Source of the DNA: Treponema sp. | GTDB taxonomy: Bacteria > Spirochaetota > Spirochaetia > Treponematales > Breznakiellaceae | Direction: 5' to 3' | Assembly (NCBI GenBank): GCA_031276295.1 | Contig: JAISNI010000215.1 | Location: 2,285 to 66,284 of the forward strand | Length of the DNA: 64,000 nt | In this document: piece after piece, positions 44,399 through 53,228 of the stretch | Layout: the number at the start of each line of letters is the position of its first letter | Numbering within the stretch: position 1 is the stretch's first letter | Program-made: the position numbers and the translations under genes | The notes under the pieces: generated by a model | What the model was told of the DNA's origin: nothing | Database searches by the model: none | Seen by the model: the letters and a program-made list of their open reading frames with translations, nothing else

Positions 44399-45699
44399 AG
44401 GTATACTCATTTCCCCGCGGGGGGATATTGTATGAGGATTCGACGGTTCCTCCCCGGACATCCAGCGTAACTGCCTTTTTACCGGGCCTTTCGGTCATAC
44501 CGCTTGTCCAGCATACCGGCGCGCGGGCCTTACCGGTGGTAGGCGTCGGGGATTACGTCAGGGAGGGTATGCTTATAGGCCGGGGGCAGGGACCGGGATC
44601 CGCCAATATCCACGCGGCGGCCCCCGGCAGGGTAATCAACATGGTCTCCTGGAAGACCGCGGCGGATATTAACAACGAGGCCCTGGTTATACGTCTGGAA
44701 GGCCGTTTTGAAAAACTGGGTAAAAAAGAAGACAGCTTCCGCTGGGAAGGTCTCTCCTCTTTTGAAATAGAGCGGATAATTGCGGATATGGGCATTGTAG
44801 AAATGGAAAGCGGCGGAACCCCCGTTTCGGATATCCTTTCCGCGTTCCGCTCCATTCCCAGACCTGTCAGCGTGGTAGCGCGCTGTGTCTTTGACGACCC
44901 TTGGCTTGCCGCGGACTATGTCCTGTGCCGGGAACGGTTTCAGGCGGTAGTGGAAGGGGCCTTCATTACGGCACGGGCTTCCCGTGCAAACCGCGTTGTA
45001 TTTGCCGTATCCGGGCGGGAAAGGGAACTAGCAGGCGATTTCCTCACGGTTCATCCGCCGGGCGGTATTGAAGTTTCTACCGTGCTGGTGGGTTCCCGTT
45101 ACCCCCAGCGGAACCGCCGCGAACTGGAGTTGGTTCTCCGTATGTATGAAAAGAAAGAGGAACTCAGTTTGGGTGCCCTGCTTATTTTGGGACCGGCAAC
45201 CCTTGCGGCGCTTCATGATGCGGTAAAGCTGAACAAGCCTATACTGTACCGTTATGTGTCGGTAGGAGGTTCGGCGGTCAAGACCCCCCAGGTTATGAAG
45301 GTGAGGATTGGAACCCGCATCGGGGAGGTCTTTGCCGAATGCGGGGGCTTTATTGATAAGCCTAAGCGTATCGCTACCGGCTCCCCCCTCCTTGGCTGGA
45401 CGGTGGTCGATCTGGACGAGCCTATAATCAAAACCAGTTTTGCCGTTTTCGCCCTGCTGGAGAAGCAGGTGGGCGGAGGCCCGCGCCGGAGCTGTATAGG
45501 CTGCGGCGAATGCAGGAGGGTCTGTCCGGTGGGGCTTGATCCGGAAGAACTCTACAAATGGGCAAAATCCGCCGAAACCCCGGATGCAGTGCAGGGAAGG
45601 GCGTCCGAATGCCACGGCTGCTGCTGTTGCGAAGCGGTCTGCCCGTCCAGGCTCCCCCTGGGAAAGGTCATTCTCGATTCCGCCCTGAGGGAGAAGTAA
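44395..45699 (+). CDS. rnfC: RnfC-like protein (divergent; two 4Fe-4S ferredoxin motifs, nucleotide/flavin site not evident)
   Basis: The N-terminus reads FPRGGI...IPLVQHTGA...VGDYVREGMLIG...ANIHAAAPGRV, and the middle reads LYRYVSVGGSAVKTPQVMKVRIGTRIGEV. The ferredoxin motifs are CIGCGECRRVCP and CHGCCCCEAVCP. Confidence 0.7.
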   Translation: MKVYSFPRGGILYEDSTVPPRTSSVTAFLPGLSVIPLVQHTGARALPVVGVGDYVREGMLIGRGQGPGSANIHAAAPGRVINMVSWKTAADINNEALVIRLEGRFEKLGKKEDSFRWEGLSSFEIERIIADMGIVEMESGGTPVSDILSAFRSIPRPVSVVARCVFDDPWLAADYVLCRERFQAVVEGAFITARASRANRVVFAVSGRERELAGDFLTVHPPGGIEVSTVLVGSRYPQRNRRELELVLRMYEKKEELSLGALLILGPATLAALHDAVKLNKPILYRYVSVGGSAVKTPQVMKVRIGTRIGEVFAECGGFIDKPKRIATGSPLLGWTVVDLDEPIIKTSFAVFALLEKQVGGGPRRSCIGCGECRRVCPVGLDPEELYKWAKSAETPDAVQGRASECHGCCCCEAVCPSRLPLGKVILDSALREK

Positions 45700-46763
45700 T
45701 GCCGGAGAACTACGGACGCCGCTACCAGAGCCCCCAGGTGAATCTTTCCCGTTCAACCAATTTCAGAATGTGGGCGGTAAGTTTTTGCGCGGGCCTTGCC
45801 ATCATCCAGTCCGGCCTGGGCGATTCATTTTCTTCCCTGCTTCTGGCCTTATCATCCGTTCTTGCCGCGGTACTGACGGAACTTTTCCTCTTTTACCGTA
45901 CCGAGGAAATTGAAAGCCTGAAGGACGGCAGCGCCGTGGCGTCCGCCCTGGTGTTCTCCCTGCTCTTGCCCAATACCATGCCCCCTGTATACGCGGTAAT
46001 GGGAGCCGTCTTTGCAATGGCCGTTGTAAAGCACAGCTTTGGGGGCCTGGGGGCCAACTGGCTTAATCCGGCCGTAGGAGCCTGGCTCTTTGTCCGGTTT
46101 TCCTGGCCCCAGGCTTTTTTTAAGGCGCTGGAGGGCTCCCCGCTGCTGAACGGTATCCGGGCGGGGGAAGGGCTGCTCTCCGGTACGGCCGGCGGCCTTG
46201 ATACCGCCATACGTTCTTTTCTCAATAATATGCTCTTCAACACGTTTGGAGCCGTACTGCCGGGCGGTTATATAGACCTCTTTCAGTCATCCTCCCCCGG
46301 TATTATTGCCGACAGGGGGGTGCTGGGGCTTCTGCTTGGAAGCCTGTTTATCATATCTTCCCAGGCGGGCCGTACTTGGGCGTCGCTGGCATACCTGGTC
46401 GTTTTCGGATTGGTAACACGAATCGCCGGCGCGCTTGTACCGGGCGGCCGGTTCTGGCAGGGGGATGTTCTGTTGTATCTTCTTTCCGGGGGGACGTTGG
46501 CGGCGGCGTTTATCCTTATTTCGGATACCGTAAGTTCTCCCAAGTCAAGAGCGGGGATACTGGCGGCGGCGGCTCTGTCGGGTTTTTTCAGCGGCCTTTT
46601 CCGCTGTTTGGGCAGGGAACCTTACGGGGCAATTTATGCGGTGGGCTTGCTTAACGCATTCCTTCCCCTGATACGGAAAATTGAAAACAGGCTGCTCTAC
46701 GAAAAACGGATGCCGGGAACGGCGGCGGAAAAGCGTGTAAAGGCTAAGGACGGGCCGGCATGA
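45699..46763 (+). CDS. rnfD: RnfD/NqrB-like membrane protein (divergent)
   Basis: The start overlaps the rnfC stop (TAATG). SSPGIIADRGVLGLLLGSLFII and LISDTVSSPKSRAGILAAAALSG resemble conserved RnfD blocks. Confidence 0.7.
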   Translation: MPENYGRRYQSPQVNLSRSTNFRMWAVSFCAGLAIIQSGLGDSFSSLLLALSSVLAAVLTELFLFYRTEEIESLKDGSAVASALVFSLLLPNTMPPVYAVMGAVFAMAVVKHSFGGLGANWLNPAVGAWLFVRFSWPQAFFKALEGSPLLNGIRAGEGLLSGTAGGLDTAIRSFLNNMLFNTFGAVLPGGYIDLFQSSSPGIIADRGVLGLLLGSLFIISSQAGRTWASLAYLVVFGLVTRIAGALVPGGRFWQGDVLLYLLSGGTLAAAFILISDTVSSPKSRAGILAAAALSGFFSGLFRCLGREPYGAIYAVGLLNAFLPLIRKIENRLLYEKRMPGTAAEKRVKAKDGPA

Positions 46764-47236
46764 CAGATAAGAACCGGGCACCTGTTTCGGCAAAGGATAT
46801 TACGCTTATTGCGGCATGGATAGGAGGGCTTGTTCTTCTGGGCGCTCTGCTGTGGCTTCCCACCCAGACGGTCCGGGACCGGGCGTTTCAGAATGCGGTA
46901 AATCAGGTTTTAGAGCGGCGGGAAACCGAATTCCGCCTGGAATCCCGTATTCCTTTCAATTCCCTCAATTCAGGACAGAAGCGGTTGGGAACCTGGTTTA
47001 GACTGCTCGATTCTGAAAAGAGAGGGCTTGTCTTTAGTATAATGAACGGCGGCATCCTCTTTCCCTGTATGGCCGTTGTTACCGCCGACGGTTTTGTGGA
47101 AATAGTAATCTTTTTAAACCCCGAGACCCTTTCCGGAACCATACCGGAGGGGCTTGTAAACCGGTATGTCCTGCGTATAGAGAAAAATACCAAAGAAAGG
47201 GTGAAAACACCCGCGGATCGGAGAGGAGAACTATGA
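46760..47236 (+). CDS. rnfG: Short single-TM protein in the RnfG position (assignment positional; FMN-binding motif not seen)
   Basis: 158 aa with N-terminal TM IAAWIGGLVLLGALLWL. ATGA overlaps occur on both sides. VVTADGFVEIVIFLNPET weakly recalls RnfG. Confidence 0.4.
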   Translation: MTDKNRAPVSAKDITLIAAWIGGLVLLGALLWLPTQTVRDRAFQNAVNQVLERRETEFRLESRIPFNSLNSGQKRLGTWFRLLDSEKRGLVFSIMNGGILFPCMAVVTADGFVEIVIFLNPETLSGTIPEGLVNRYVLRIEKNTKERVKTPADRRGEL

Positions 47237-47934
47237 GTCAGATTTATGGGGATTCCGCGGGAACTCCTGAAGGAAATACCGCGAAGAATTCCGCGGTAAG
47301 TCAGTATTACAGGACCCATATCATGTGGGGCGTTCATTCGCCGCTTGCCGGTCTTTTCTGCGGGGGGCTTATAGCTATGGCGTCGGCACGGTTAGCCTAT
47401 GCGCTTACCGTTGCCGGGGCCCTGTTCTGGGTGTACGGACTTTCCACACTGGTTTTCATGGTATCAAAACCTGTTTTACCCCAAAAAGGCCTGAACCCGA
47501 TACTCATCTTTTTAACATCCCTTATAGGCGGTTTCTATCTTTTCCTGCTCTGGTTTCCGAATCCTCTCTTGGTTTCAGGAACGGTATGTATGATCCTCCT
47601 GGTTCCTTGTTCCTGCATCGCATCCGGTATCTTTGAACGGGTCAAATCCTGTGATCCGGGGGAAGCGGTTTTACGTGCATGCCGGGAAGCGCTCGTCATT
47701 GCCCTTTTGATGACGGGGCTGGCCTTGATACGGGAACCCGTAGGCTGCGCGTCTCTCAGTCTTCCCGGAGGTGTTCAGGGTATAATTGAGGTATTCGGCG
47801 CAAAGGACGGGGCGGGGTTCTTCCCGGTACGGATACTTGCAGGTTCTGCGGGGGCTTTCATCCTTATGGGCTACGGCCTGTCGGTATACGCCCGTTTCAG
47901 GAAGCCCCTGTTTCCCGCCGGGGAGCTTGAATGA
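47233..47934 (+). CDS. rnfE: RnfE/NqrD-like membrane protein (divergent)
   Basis: Motifs: SPLAGLFCGG, LLVPCSCIASGIFER, and LALIREPVG. Confidence 0.6.
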   Translation: MSQIYGDSAGTPEGNTAKNSAVSQYYRTHIMWGVHSPLAGLFCGGLIAMASARLAYALTVAGALFWVYGLSTLVFMVSKPVLPQKGLNPILIFLTSLIGGFYLFLLWFPNPLLVSGTVCMILLVPCSCIASGIFERVKSCDPGEAVLRACREALVIALLMTGLALIREPVGCASLSLPGGVQGIIEVFGAKDGAGFFPVRILAGSAGAFILMGYGLSVYARFRKPLFPAGELE

Positions 47935-48500
47935 GCACTTTTGCCTGTTTTGGGATAATGGCCGGTCTTTCCTGGAATCTGCTGCTGCAATTCGGCCTGG
48001 GTATGGCGGGGGGACTTAAAAAGAATTCCCTGCCGGTGCTGCAACTGCTCTGCCTTTTCCTCTCGGTTCTGGCGCTCTTTACGGTGTTTTTCTCGCTATC
48101 GGCCCTGGCCAATTTGGGTTTCTTTGAATACATCCTGTATTACCCCCTTTCCTGTCTTTCCTGTCTGGGCCTGGAAACCGTCTTCTCTCCGTTACTTCCA
48201 AAGAAAATCGGGGAGAAAACCTTTAATTGCCTTTCCGCATACGACGGGCTTGCCGTGGCCGCTCTTTTTCTTACACGGCATCTGGCGGAAACGCTTGCGG
48301 AAGGGTTGTTCCTCTCTTTCCATTTTTCGCTGGGCGTTCTGATCGGTCTTGTCATCCTTGCCGAGATTAGGAGGCGGTCCTCGGTGGAGAAAGTTCCCCG
48401 GTTTCTGAGGGGTAAACCCCTGCTGCTTATCTCGATGGGGTTTCTGTCCTTAGTATTTACCGCCGCGGCAGGAATATTCTATAGAATACTGGAATTTTGA
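47931..48500 (+). CDS. rnfA: RnfA/NqrE-like membrane protein (divergent)
   Basis: Motifs: NLLLQFGLGMAGG, YPLSCLSCLG, and VPRFLRGKPLLLISMGFLSLVF. Confidence 0.6.
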   Translation: MSTFACFGIMAGLSWNLLLQFGLGMAGGLKKNSLPVLQLLCLFLSVLALFTVFFSLSALANLGFFEYILYYPLSCLSCLGLETVFSPLLPKKIGEKTFNCLSAYDGLAVAALFLTRHLAETLAEGLFLSFHFSLGVLIGLVILAEIRRRSSVEKVPRFLRGKPLLLISMGFLSLVFTAAAGIFYRILEF

Positions 48501-48614
48501 TCCGCGTTGAAGACCGCAGGCGGCCTTATTCAATTGGATTTTATAGGCCGGCCCTAATCTGTTTGTCTATATTGGACGAAAATCTAATGAGTTATCGATA
48601 CCAATGAGTTATTT

Positions 48615-50471
48615 ATGGGGAAAATAAGTTTAATTTTGGGTTCTCATAGACACCTTCCGTATGGTTCTTCCGCCGATGAATTTGAAGAACTGTACAGGCG
48701 GGAATTGAAACCGTTTATTACAACTCTCTACAGATTTCCCCGTATCAGCCTTGTCCTGCACTATTCCGGCGTTCTCTTGCAGTGGATTGAGCGGCGGCAT
48801 CCTGAGCTTATCATGCTGCTTAAGAATCTGGTCGTCCGTAAGCAGGTGGAATTCTTAGGCGGCGGATTCTACGAGCCGCTGCTGCCCCTTATCCCGCTTG
48901 CCGACAAGCTCGGTCAGATTGAGATGATGACTACTTATCTCCGTAAGACCTTCGGGAAGCGGCCCCAGGGTTGCCTGCTGCCCTGTAATGTCTGGGAACA
49001 GAACCTGACCGGCCCTCTCCACGCCTGCGGTATGGTTTACACCTTCCTGAACGAAGCTCTTTTTAGCCACGTTCAGGGTGAAAGCCTGCCCTACTACAGC
49101 CCCTGCATTACCGAGGATCAGGGGAAGGTTATCACGGTATTCCCGGTGTATTCGGAACTCGGCAGAAAACTAAGCGTCAGGGATCCTTCAGCCGCCCTGG
49201 AAAAGCTCCTGGGGGAACAGGAAAAAATATTCACGGTCTTTACCGATAATTTTTTCGATAAGGATGCAAACGAACTTTTCTACAACGATTTTTTTGAAGC
49301 GCTCTCCGTATCGGATCCCCGCATAGAATTCATCACCCCCGGAAGGATCTTCCGTCAGTTAAAGAATCCTGAAAAGCGTTATTTCCCCAGTTTTATTGAG
49401 AGAAAGGGCGGGGAATGTTTTCTGCCCAGGAAATTCCTTACCGATTGTTCCGAAGCTAACGGTATTTATGCCAAAATGATGTATACGCATATACTGATCA
49501 ATCAGCTTCGCGGGGATAAGGCGCGGAAGAGCGCCGCCCGCAGGGAACTGTGGAAAGCCCAGGGCTGCGATATGTTTTATCCCGGTAACGAGGACGCGCC
49601 GCTTATCGGATGCCAGGCCAAGCGGAAGGCTGTGTACCGGGCGCTGCTCGAAGCTGAAAAGATAAGCAGGGAAACCGCGTTTATCCCGTCGCTTGCGGCC
49701 TTTGATTTCAACCTGAACGGCAGGACCGCGTACATCTTTCAGGACGAGCTTATCAACTGTTACATAGATTCGGCAGGGGCCGTGTTCGAGCTTGACTATC
49801 TTCCGCGAAACTGGAATTATCTTGATACCTATACCGCGTACAAGGACGGCGGAAAGAACAAGCGCCGCGCGTTTGCCGATATTCTTGCGCCCCCCGAGGC
49901 TGCCCTTGAGCATATCCTGCAAGGCGATTTCCGGGGCTTCCGGCGTTGCGGCTGCGAGCACTACGAAAACGGCGGAACGTCGGGGAGCCGCGAAAAGGTG
50001 AATTTTACGCTGCCTGCGCGGATCCTCCCCTCGGGAGAAGGGAGTTTCGACGCGGTTGAAATAGAAAAAACCTTCTGCCTGGAACATGATTCGCTTGCCG
50101 TAACCTATGTGTTGAACAACAGGCACAGCAGACCTGAACGTTTTAAATTTATGCCGAGCATCGATCTTTCCTTTCCGGGCGACGGCAAGACGTTCCTTGA
50201 GGTTTTCCGCGTGCGGGAAGATTCACGGGAAGAAATTCCCGGTGCGGGGGTATTCCCCGAAACCGGCGCGGTGGAATTTCGGGATATAAAGAACGAGGTC
50301 AGCGTAGGGCTTGCCGCGGACAGGCCCTTTGAAGCCTGGATATATCCGGTGAAAACGGGGGACGAGTATCAGTCAACCTGCCTTCTACCGGTGATGGCGG
50401 TAGACTTACAGCCGGGAGAAAACTGGAAAACGGAATTCAGGTTGAGGATAGTTTCGGATGAGAACCGTTAG
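48615..50471 (+). CDS. Glycoside hydrolase family 57 protein (alpha-amylase/4-alpha-glucanotransferase-type)
   Basis: The N-terminus reads LILGSHRHLPYG...LHYSGVLLQWI...VEFLGGGFYEPLLPLIP. 618 aa. Confidence 0.75.
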   Translation: MGKISLILGSHRHLPYGSSADEFEELYRRELKPFITTLYRFPRISLVLHYSGVLLQWIERRHPELIMLLKNLVVRKQVEFLGGGFYEPLLPLIPLADKLGQIEMMTTYLRKTFGKRPQGCLLPCNVWEQNLTGPLHACGMVYTFLNEALFSHVQGESLPYYSPCITEDQGKVITVFPVYSELGRKLSVRDPSAALEKLLGEQEKIFTVFTDNFFDKDANELFYNDFFEALSVSDPRIEFITPGRIFRQLKNPEKRYFPSFIERKGGECFLPRKFLTDCSEANGIYAKMMYTHILINQLRGDKARKSAARRELWKAQGCDMFYPGNEDAPLIGCQAKRKAVYRALLEAEKISRETAFIPSLAAFDFNLNGRTAYIFQDELINCYIDSAGAVFELDYLPRNWNYLDTYTAYKDGGKNKRRAFADILAPPEAALEHILQGDFRGFRRCGCEHYENGGTSGSREKVNFTLPARILPSGEGSFDAVEIEKTFCLEHDSLAVTYVLNNRHSRPERFKFMPSIDLSFPGDGKTFLEVFRVREDSREEIPGAGVFPETGAVEFRDIKNEVSVGLAADRPFEAWIYPVKTGDEYQSTCLLPVMAVDLQPGENWKTEFRLRIVSDENR

Positions 50472-50505
50472 CGGTTTTTTGCGCTTCAGCGCAACAGGCT
50501 GCTAG
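50468..50505 (+). repeat. CTAG-bounded hairpin repeat, short form (copy E)
   Basis: Sequence is TTAGCGGTTTTTTGCGCTTCAGCGCAACAGGCTGCTAG. It forms a 17-bp stem with a TTCA loop. The GH57 stop TAG (50469-50471) is its left end. Confidence 0.75.
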
Positions 50506-50548
50506 GAATCGTGCAAGGACGGGTTTACGGTAGGCTTGGGAGGTTTCC

Positions 50549-51757
50549 ATGCAATACAGGACGGATAAGAAATCGGGAAACAGGCTTTCGGTACTGGGAT
50601 TAGGCTGTATGCGTTTCCCCAGGAATATGGGGGCCATAGATATGAAGAAGACCGAAACGCTGGTAATGAGGGCAATAGAGGGCGGGATTAACTATTTTGA
50701 TACAGCCTATATTTACCCGGGCAGCGAGGAAGCTCTGGGGGCTGTTCTGGCAAAGAACGGCGTGAGGGAGAAGGTGTTCATTGCCGCGAAACTGCCCATA
50801 ATGCTGGTAAAGGAGCGGGCGGATATCGACAGATTCTTCAATAAAGAACTGGAAAGGCTCAGAACGGATTATATCGACTACTACCTCATGCACCAGCTTA
50901 CCGATACGGGATTCTGGGGCAGGCTGAAGGATCTGGGCATTGAAGAATGGATTGCGGCACAGAAGAAAAGCGGACGGATACGGCAGGCGGGGTTTTCTTT
51001 CCATGGCACACGGGACGAATTCCTTAAACTGGTAGATGTTTACCCCTGGGACTTCTGCCAGATACAGTACAACTATTCGGATGAAAACTTCCAGGCAGGG
51101 CTGGCCGGTCTTAAAAAAGCATCGGCGGTCATGCCGGTTATCATCATGGAGCCGCTCCTGGGGGGCAAGCTCATCGAGGGCCTTCCCCGTGAAGCGGCGG
51201 CTATTTTCAAAAAAGCCAATCCCCACGCCGGCCTTGCCGCCTGGGGCCTCAACTGGGTATGGAACCATACCGATGTAACCCTCCTCCTCTCCGGCATGAG
51301 CACTGAAGCCCAGCTTGAGGAGAACCTCCGCCTGGCGGACACTTCGGCGCCGGGGATGCTCGGCCCCCTGGAACTGGATGTCTACCGTCAGGTTCTGAAA
51401 GTATTCAATAAATTCTACAAAATACACTGTACCGGCTGTAATTACTGTATGCCCTGCCCCCACGGCGTCAACATACCCGGTTGCTTTGCGGGTTACAACC
51501 TTTCCTACTCAATGGGTTATATCGTGGGCCTCAAACATTATATAACCAGTATTGCCGCGGTATCCGAAAAAATAGCGGGCGCCGGCCTCTGCGTTAAATG
51601 CGGGAAATGCGAAAAGATCTGCCCGCAGCGCATCCCCATCATCCGCAGTCTTGAAGATGTAGTAAAACGCATGGAGCCTTTTTGGTACCGATGGGTGATA
51701 GGCGCCGTCCGTTTTTTCCTTTTGGGTAATAATATAAGGAAAAAAAACTTGAAATGA
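50549..51757 (+). CDS. Aldo/keto reductase with C-terminal 4Fe-4S ferredoxin-type domain
   Basis: Motifs: LSVLGLGCMRFP, INYFDTAYIYPGSEE, CTGCNYCMPCP, and CVKCGKCEKICP. Confidence 0.85.
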   Translation: MQYRTDKKSGNRLSVLGLGCMRFPRNMGAIDMKKTETLVMRAIEGGINYFDTAYIYPGSEEALGAVLAKNGVREKVFIAAKLPIMLVKERADIDRFFNKELERLRTDYIDYYLMHQLTDTGFWGRLKDLGIEEWIAAQKKSGRIRQAGFSFHGTRDEFLKLVDVYPWDFCQIQYNYSDENFQAGLAGLKKASAVMPVIIMEPLLGGKLIEGLPREAAAIFKKANPHAGLAAWGLNWVWNHTDVTLLLSGMSTEAQLEENLRLADTSAPGMLGPLELDVYRQVLKVFNKFYKIHCTGCNYCMPCPHGVNIPGCFAGYNLSYSMGYIVGLKHYITSIAAVSEKIAGAGLCVKCGKCEKICPQRIPIIRSLEDVVKRMEPFWYRWVIGAVRFFLLGNNIRKKNLK

Positions 51758-51786
51758 TTCCCTTTTTTTGCTAGAATTTTTGTTAA

Positions 51787-53157
51787 ATGTATAAACCCTA
51801 CCAGACTCCGGTGGATCGCGCATTCCCTGATATTGAAACCCCGGAACCTCGTGTTTCAGCATTCATGGTACTGATGGCAAAATTATTCGGGCGTCTGTAT
51901 CTTTTTCTCTTTCTGGGTATTGCCCGTATCTTTTTAAGAGGCAAACGGTATTTTTTTGATTCTTTTGACCGGGCGCTGCGAGGAAAGAGCCGCTGTATCA
52001 TTGCGGTCAGGCATCCCTATGGAGGGGAGCCCCAGATGCTCTCCTGGTATATCCTCTTCAAGTTCAGAGCTCTGGCGAAAAGGGGGGGGTATACCCTTGC
52101 GAGGGCGCCTCATACGGTTTTTGTGTACGGTTACGAGGTGGTACGCTGGGGCGGGGCCGTCGCGCGGCTGGTCATGCCCAGACTGGGGGCCATGCCGGTT
52201 CACCATACCAAAGTGGATACCCGGGGCATGAGCCGTATCTACAAGGCCATAACGGAAGGGCCCTATCCCCTGTCCATAGCCCCTGAAGGCCAGGTCTCTT
52301 ACACCGCCGAAGCTATTCCCCGCCTTGAACAAGGCGCCATCAGGATAGGCTTTCACGCGGCGGAACGGCTTCAACGTTCCGGCAGCGATTGCCCTGTCGA
52401 GATACTGCCCGTATCGGCGCATTTCCGTTACGGCTCGTGGGGAAAATTCGCGCTGAAATTGCTCATCGGTAAAATTGAAAAGTATACCGGCCTCAGGAAG
52501 AAAAACAGGGCCGCCGGAAACTTGTCTTTGGAGGAGAGCGTTCTGCGCTGCCGCGAACACATCCTTGCGGCAAATGAGAGGCGTTACGGCCTACAGGTGG
52601 ATACCGCCCAGCCTTATGCCGAGCGTGTCAATGCGGTCATGGATGCGGCCATGAACCACGCGGAAATGGTTCTGGGGCTTCGGAAGGGCGGCGGAGAAGT
52701 TATTGACCGTATGTACCATCTGCGCCAGATCTGCTGGGATCGTATATACCTTCCCGGTACGAACGGATTGGACGATTTTTCTTCTGTTGAAAGGAGCATC
52801 GCGGATCTCCGCGCGGGAGAAGCCTGGCACGCGGGCCGCCATCTGGAGGTGGTGGATTTTTCCTGGTATTTTCGCAATCCTCCGCCCGCTCAAGACGCCC
52901 CCCTGCATACCAGGATAGAGTATGTTCAGAATCTTTGGGATTTTGCCAACCGTACTATGGGCGGGGCCTACGCGAACCGTACCAATATCTTTCCCCGCTG
53001 CGTTATTTTCCGGGCGGCCCCGCCCATAAACCTGTCGGCACGGCTTCCCGAATACCGTACCGACAGAAAAGCGCTTGTCCGTAAGGTTATGGATGAACTA
53101 AAAGACGCCTACCTGGATTGTATTGAAAAAGAAGCAACGGGAGATAATAAGGACTAG
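51787..53157 (+). CDS. Putative PlsC-like (lysophospholipid) acyltransferase-family protein
   Basis: VRHPYGGEP is an H-x4-E variant of HX4D, and SIAPEGQVSY is PEG-block-like. The assignment is tentative. Confidence 0.45.
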   Translation: MYKPYQTPVDRAFPDIETPEPRVSAFMVLMAKLFGRLYLFLFLGIARIFLRGKRYFFDSFDRALRGKSRCIIAVRHPYGGEPQMLSWYILFKFRALAKRGGYTLARAPHTVFVYGYEVVRWGGAVARLVMPRLGAMPVHHTKVDTRGMSRIYKAITEGPYPLSIAPEGQVSYTAEAIPRLEQGAIRIGFHAAERLQRSGSDCPVEILPVSAHFRYGSWGKFALKLLIGKIEKYTGLRKKNRAAGNLSLEESVLRCREHILAANERRYGLQVDTAQPYAERVNAVMDAAMNHAEMVLGLRKGGGEVIDRMYHLRQICWDRIYLPGTNGLDDFSSVERSIADLRAGEAWHAGRHLEVVDFSWYFRNPPPAQDAPLHTRIEYVQNLWDFANRTMGGAYANRTNIFPRCVIFRAAPPINLSARLPEYRTDRKALVRKVMDELKDAYLDCIEKEATGDNKD

Positions 53158-53228
53158 CCGTAGGAATTTGCCCGGTAATGAGGCCGCCGTACTCGCATAA
53201 AAGTCGTATATACGATAGACTTTAAAGC

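Noticed and set aside
48586-48612. A direct repeat AATGAGTTAT x2 (48586-48595 and 48603-48612) just upstream of the GH57 start codon.
   Set aside because: It is only 10 nt and AT-rich, so it could be chance. It is noted as a possible regulator site, but there is no supporting symmetry or second locus.
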